From: Limnothrix sp. BL-A-16
GTDB lineage: Bacteria > Cyanobacteriota > Cyanobacteriia > CACIAM-69d
Direction: 5' to 3'
NCBI GenBank assembly: GCA_041937175.2
Contig: CP166615.1
Coordinates: 672,001 to 736,000, forward strand
Length of the DNA stretch: 64,000 nucleotides
This document shows positions 62,461 through 64,000 of the stretch, piece by piece. Numbering within the stretch: position 1 is the stretch's first letter; each line of letters opens with the position of its first letter. Under the pieces are notes generated by a model. It made no database searches. It was given only the letters and a program-made list of their open reading frames with translations, and was not told where the DNA came from. Both the position numbers and the translations under genes were made by a program.

Positions 62461-62768
62461 GGCCCGTCGTCATTTCCTGGGATTCAATGAGAACGGTTGA
62501 TCTTCCATCCCCTAACCGCCCTAAACAAGGGGCTTAAGCCCCTTGTCCCCCACGATCTGCTAACGGCAGATCATGGGTTGCGGGTTAAACGATGACCAGT
62601 CCTCAGCCCCTTGTCCCCCACGATCTGCTAACGGCAGATCATGGGTTGCGGGTTAAACGATGACCAGTCCTCAGCCCCTTGTCCTCCACGATCTGCTAAC
62701 GGCAGATCATGGGTTGCGGGTTAAACGATGACAAGCCCTAAGCCTCTTGCCCCCACGATCTGCCAACA
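62460..62768. mobile_element. MITE family B copy followed by reiterated right arms
   Basis: TA|GGGCCCGTCGTCA start; palindrome at 62526-62545; 68-bp units at 62537, 62605, 62673, partial unit at 62741. Confidence 0.85.
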
Positions 62769-62831
62769 CCCCCCACGATCCGCCAACAGGGGAATCAGGG
62801 TTGCAGTCCCGTTGCAGGGCCTTCAGACCGC

Positions 62832-63998
62832 CTAGCGAGCCGCCACCACAAAATCATCCGTGAGGGTCAGGTTCAGATTCGTTTCCGGTTGCACCACCAG
62901 CACATCAATGCTATTGCGACCCAAGAACCGTTCGATCAGGCTCAGGAGCGCACCGCCACCCGCACCGATCAGCAACTCTTCCGTGGCGATCGCCCGATCG
63001 CCCGTCACCGCCGAGATGGCCGCCGCCGCCGCCGTTCCGATCGCCGTGTTCTTCAGCAACCGGCCCAGGTCAGCCCCCTTGCGTACCGTTTCCGTTGTTG
63101 TAATCACACTGGACGTAGCCTTCAGGGATCGCGTTGAACCATCGGGCATCACAATTTCCTGCGCCACAAACTGCGTTGCCTTGTCGCCGGCCGGCCGCAG
63201 ATTGCCCTTCACTTGGCTGCCCGCCGGAATCAACACCTGACCCGTAGTGGTGGTGATGTTATTGCGCACATTAAAAGTCACCGGCAGGGTTTCATCCGGC
63301 ATCAGCAGAATTTTTTCCTTCATGTAGCTCACAGGAAGGGATGTGCCCGCCGCAATCCGATAGTTGGTGGCCACGGTTTGGGCATTGGCAATATAAGGCG
63401 AACTCAGAGCCGCCACTCGCCCTTCACTGGTCAAGGCTTGGTAGAGAAAAGCCGCCACTTCCGCTCGGGTGGCATTGCGCCCAGGGTTCAAATAGCTGAC
63501 GTTGGGATAGTTCACCACCATCCGTTTTTCAGTGGCGGCCGCGATCGGGCTGCGGGCAAAGTTGGAAATGGCCCCACTATCCGCAAAATTGCCTAAAACC
63601 TGTTCCGTGGGAGCCGCTGCTTGATAGTTCAAACCATTAGCCAGCGCAACCAAAACTTGTTCGCGCGGAATGTTTTGTTCCGGCAAGAAAATGCCATCGG
63701 GATAACCGGAAACAAAGCCCATCTCATAGGCGCGGCGAATGGCATCATAGGCCCAATGGCTGCTGGGCACATCCACAAAATTGATCGCGCTACGGATGCT
63801 GCCCCGTTGATAAACCTTGCGCAACATGGCTGAAAATTCTGCCCGAGTGACCGGTGCATCGGGGCGGAAAGTGCCATCGGGAAAACCCGCCAAAATGTTT
63901 TGAGAAACCAGCGCGCGAATGTAATCACTGGCCCAATGATTGGCAGGTACATCGGGGAATGAAATACTTTGAGCCACGGCCGGAGCAGGGGCAGCCAA
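62832..63998 (-). CDS. S-layer homology (SLH) domain protein, 5'-truncated by the window edge
   Basis: FPDVPANHWA, GFPDGTFRP..VTRAEF, ATRAEVAA. Confidence 0.9.
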   Translation of the reverse strand: MAAPAPAVAQSISFPDVPANHWASDYIRALVSQNILAGFPDGTFRPDAPVTRAEFSAMLRKVYQRGSIRSAINFVDVPSSHWAYDAIRRAYEMGFVSGYPDGIFLPEQNIPREQVLVALANGLNYQAAAPTEQVLGNFADSGAISNFARSPIAAATEKRMVVNYPNVSYLNPGRNATRAEVAAFLYQALTSEGRVAALSSPYIANAQTVATNYRIAAGTSLPVSYMKEKILLMPDETLPVTFNVRNNITTTTGQVLIPAGSQVKGNLRPAGDKATQFVAQEIVMPDGSTRSLKATSSVITTTETVRKGADLGRLLKNTAIGTAAAAAISAVTGDRAIATEELLIGAGGGALLSLIERFLGRNSIDVLVVQPETNLNLTLTDDFVVAAR

Positions 63999-64000
63999 AG

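Noticed and set aside
62537..62768. Possible CRISPR array (68-bp period)
   Set aside because: Whole units are near-identical with no unique spacers, they equal the MITE right arm, and no cas genes are present.
1..64000. Very frequent GCGATCGC/CGATCG
   Set aside because: This is the well-known cyanobacterial HIP1 sequence, not novel.

Overview
Chromosomal window from a cyanobacterium: dense HIP1 GCGATCGC sites, cpcG, cpcS, petE, groEL2 with CIRCE, and hpsJ-like genes that suggest a filamentous gliding strain. It holds about 40 mostly housekeeping or signalling genes, the SRP RNA (ffs), and one intact tnpB-only IS200/IS605 (IS1341-type) element at the left edge. Two AT-richer segments are visible at about 31.2-37.2 kb and 57.9-59.7 kb. 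The most unusual signal is non-coding. A 20-bp palindrome, CAAGGGGCTTAAGCCCCTTG, occurs 13 times (8 perfect copies), always intergenic. It is the centre of two distinct MITE families: A (131 bp, GAGG...CCTC ends, 3-bp TNA duplication) and B (142-143 bp, GGGCC...GGCCC ends, TA duplication). B inserts into the TTAA of the same palindrome it carries. This gives nested elements, arm-swapped chimeras, a REPIN-carrying variant, and three local tandem duplications that each contain the palindrome. A LOV + DXCF-type cyanobacteriochrome histidine kinase is the most notable protein. No CRISPR array, rRNA or tRNA was found. All calls come from reading motifs by eye, with no database searches, and start codons are best estimates.
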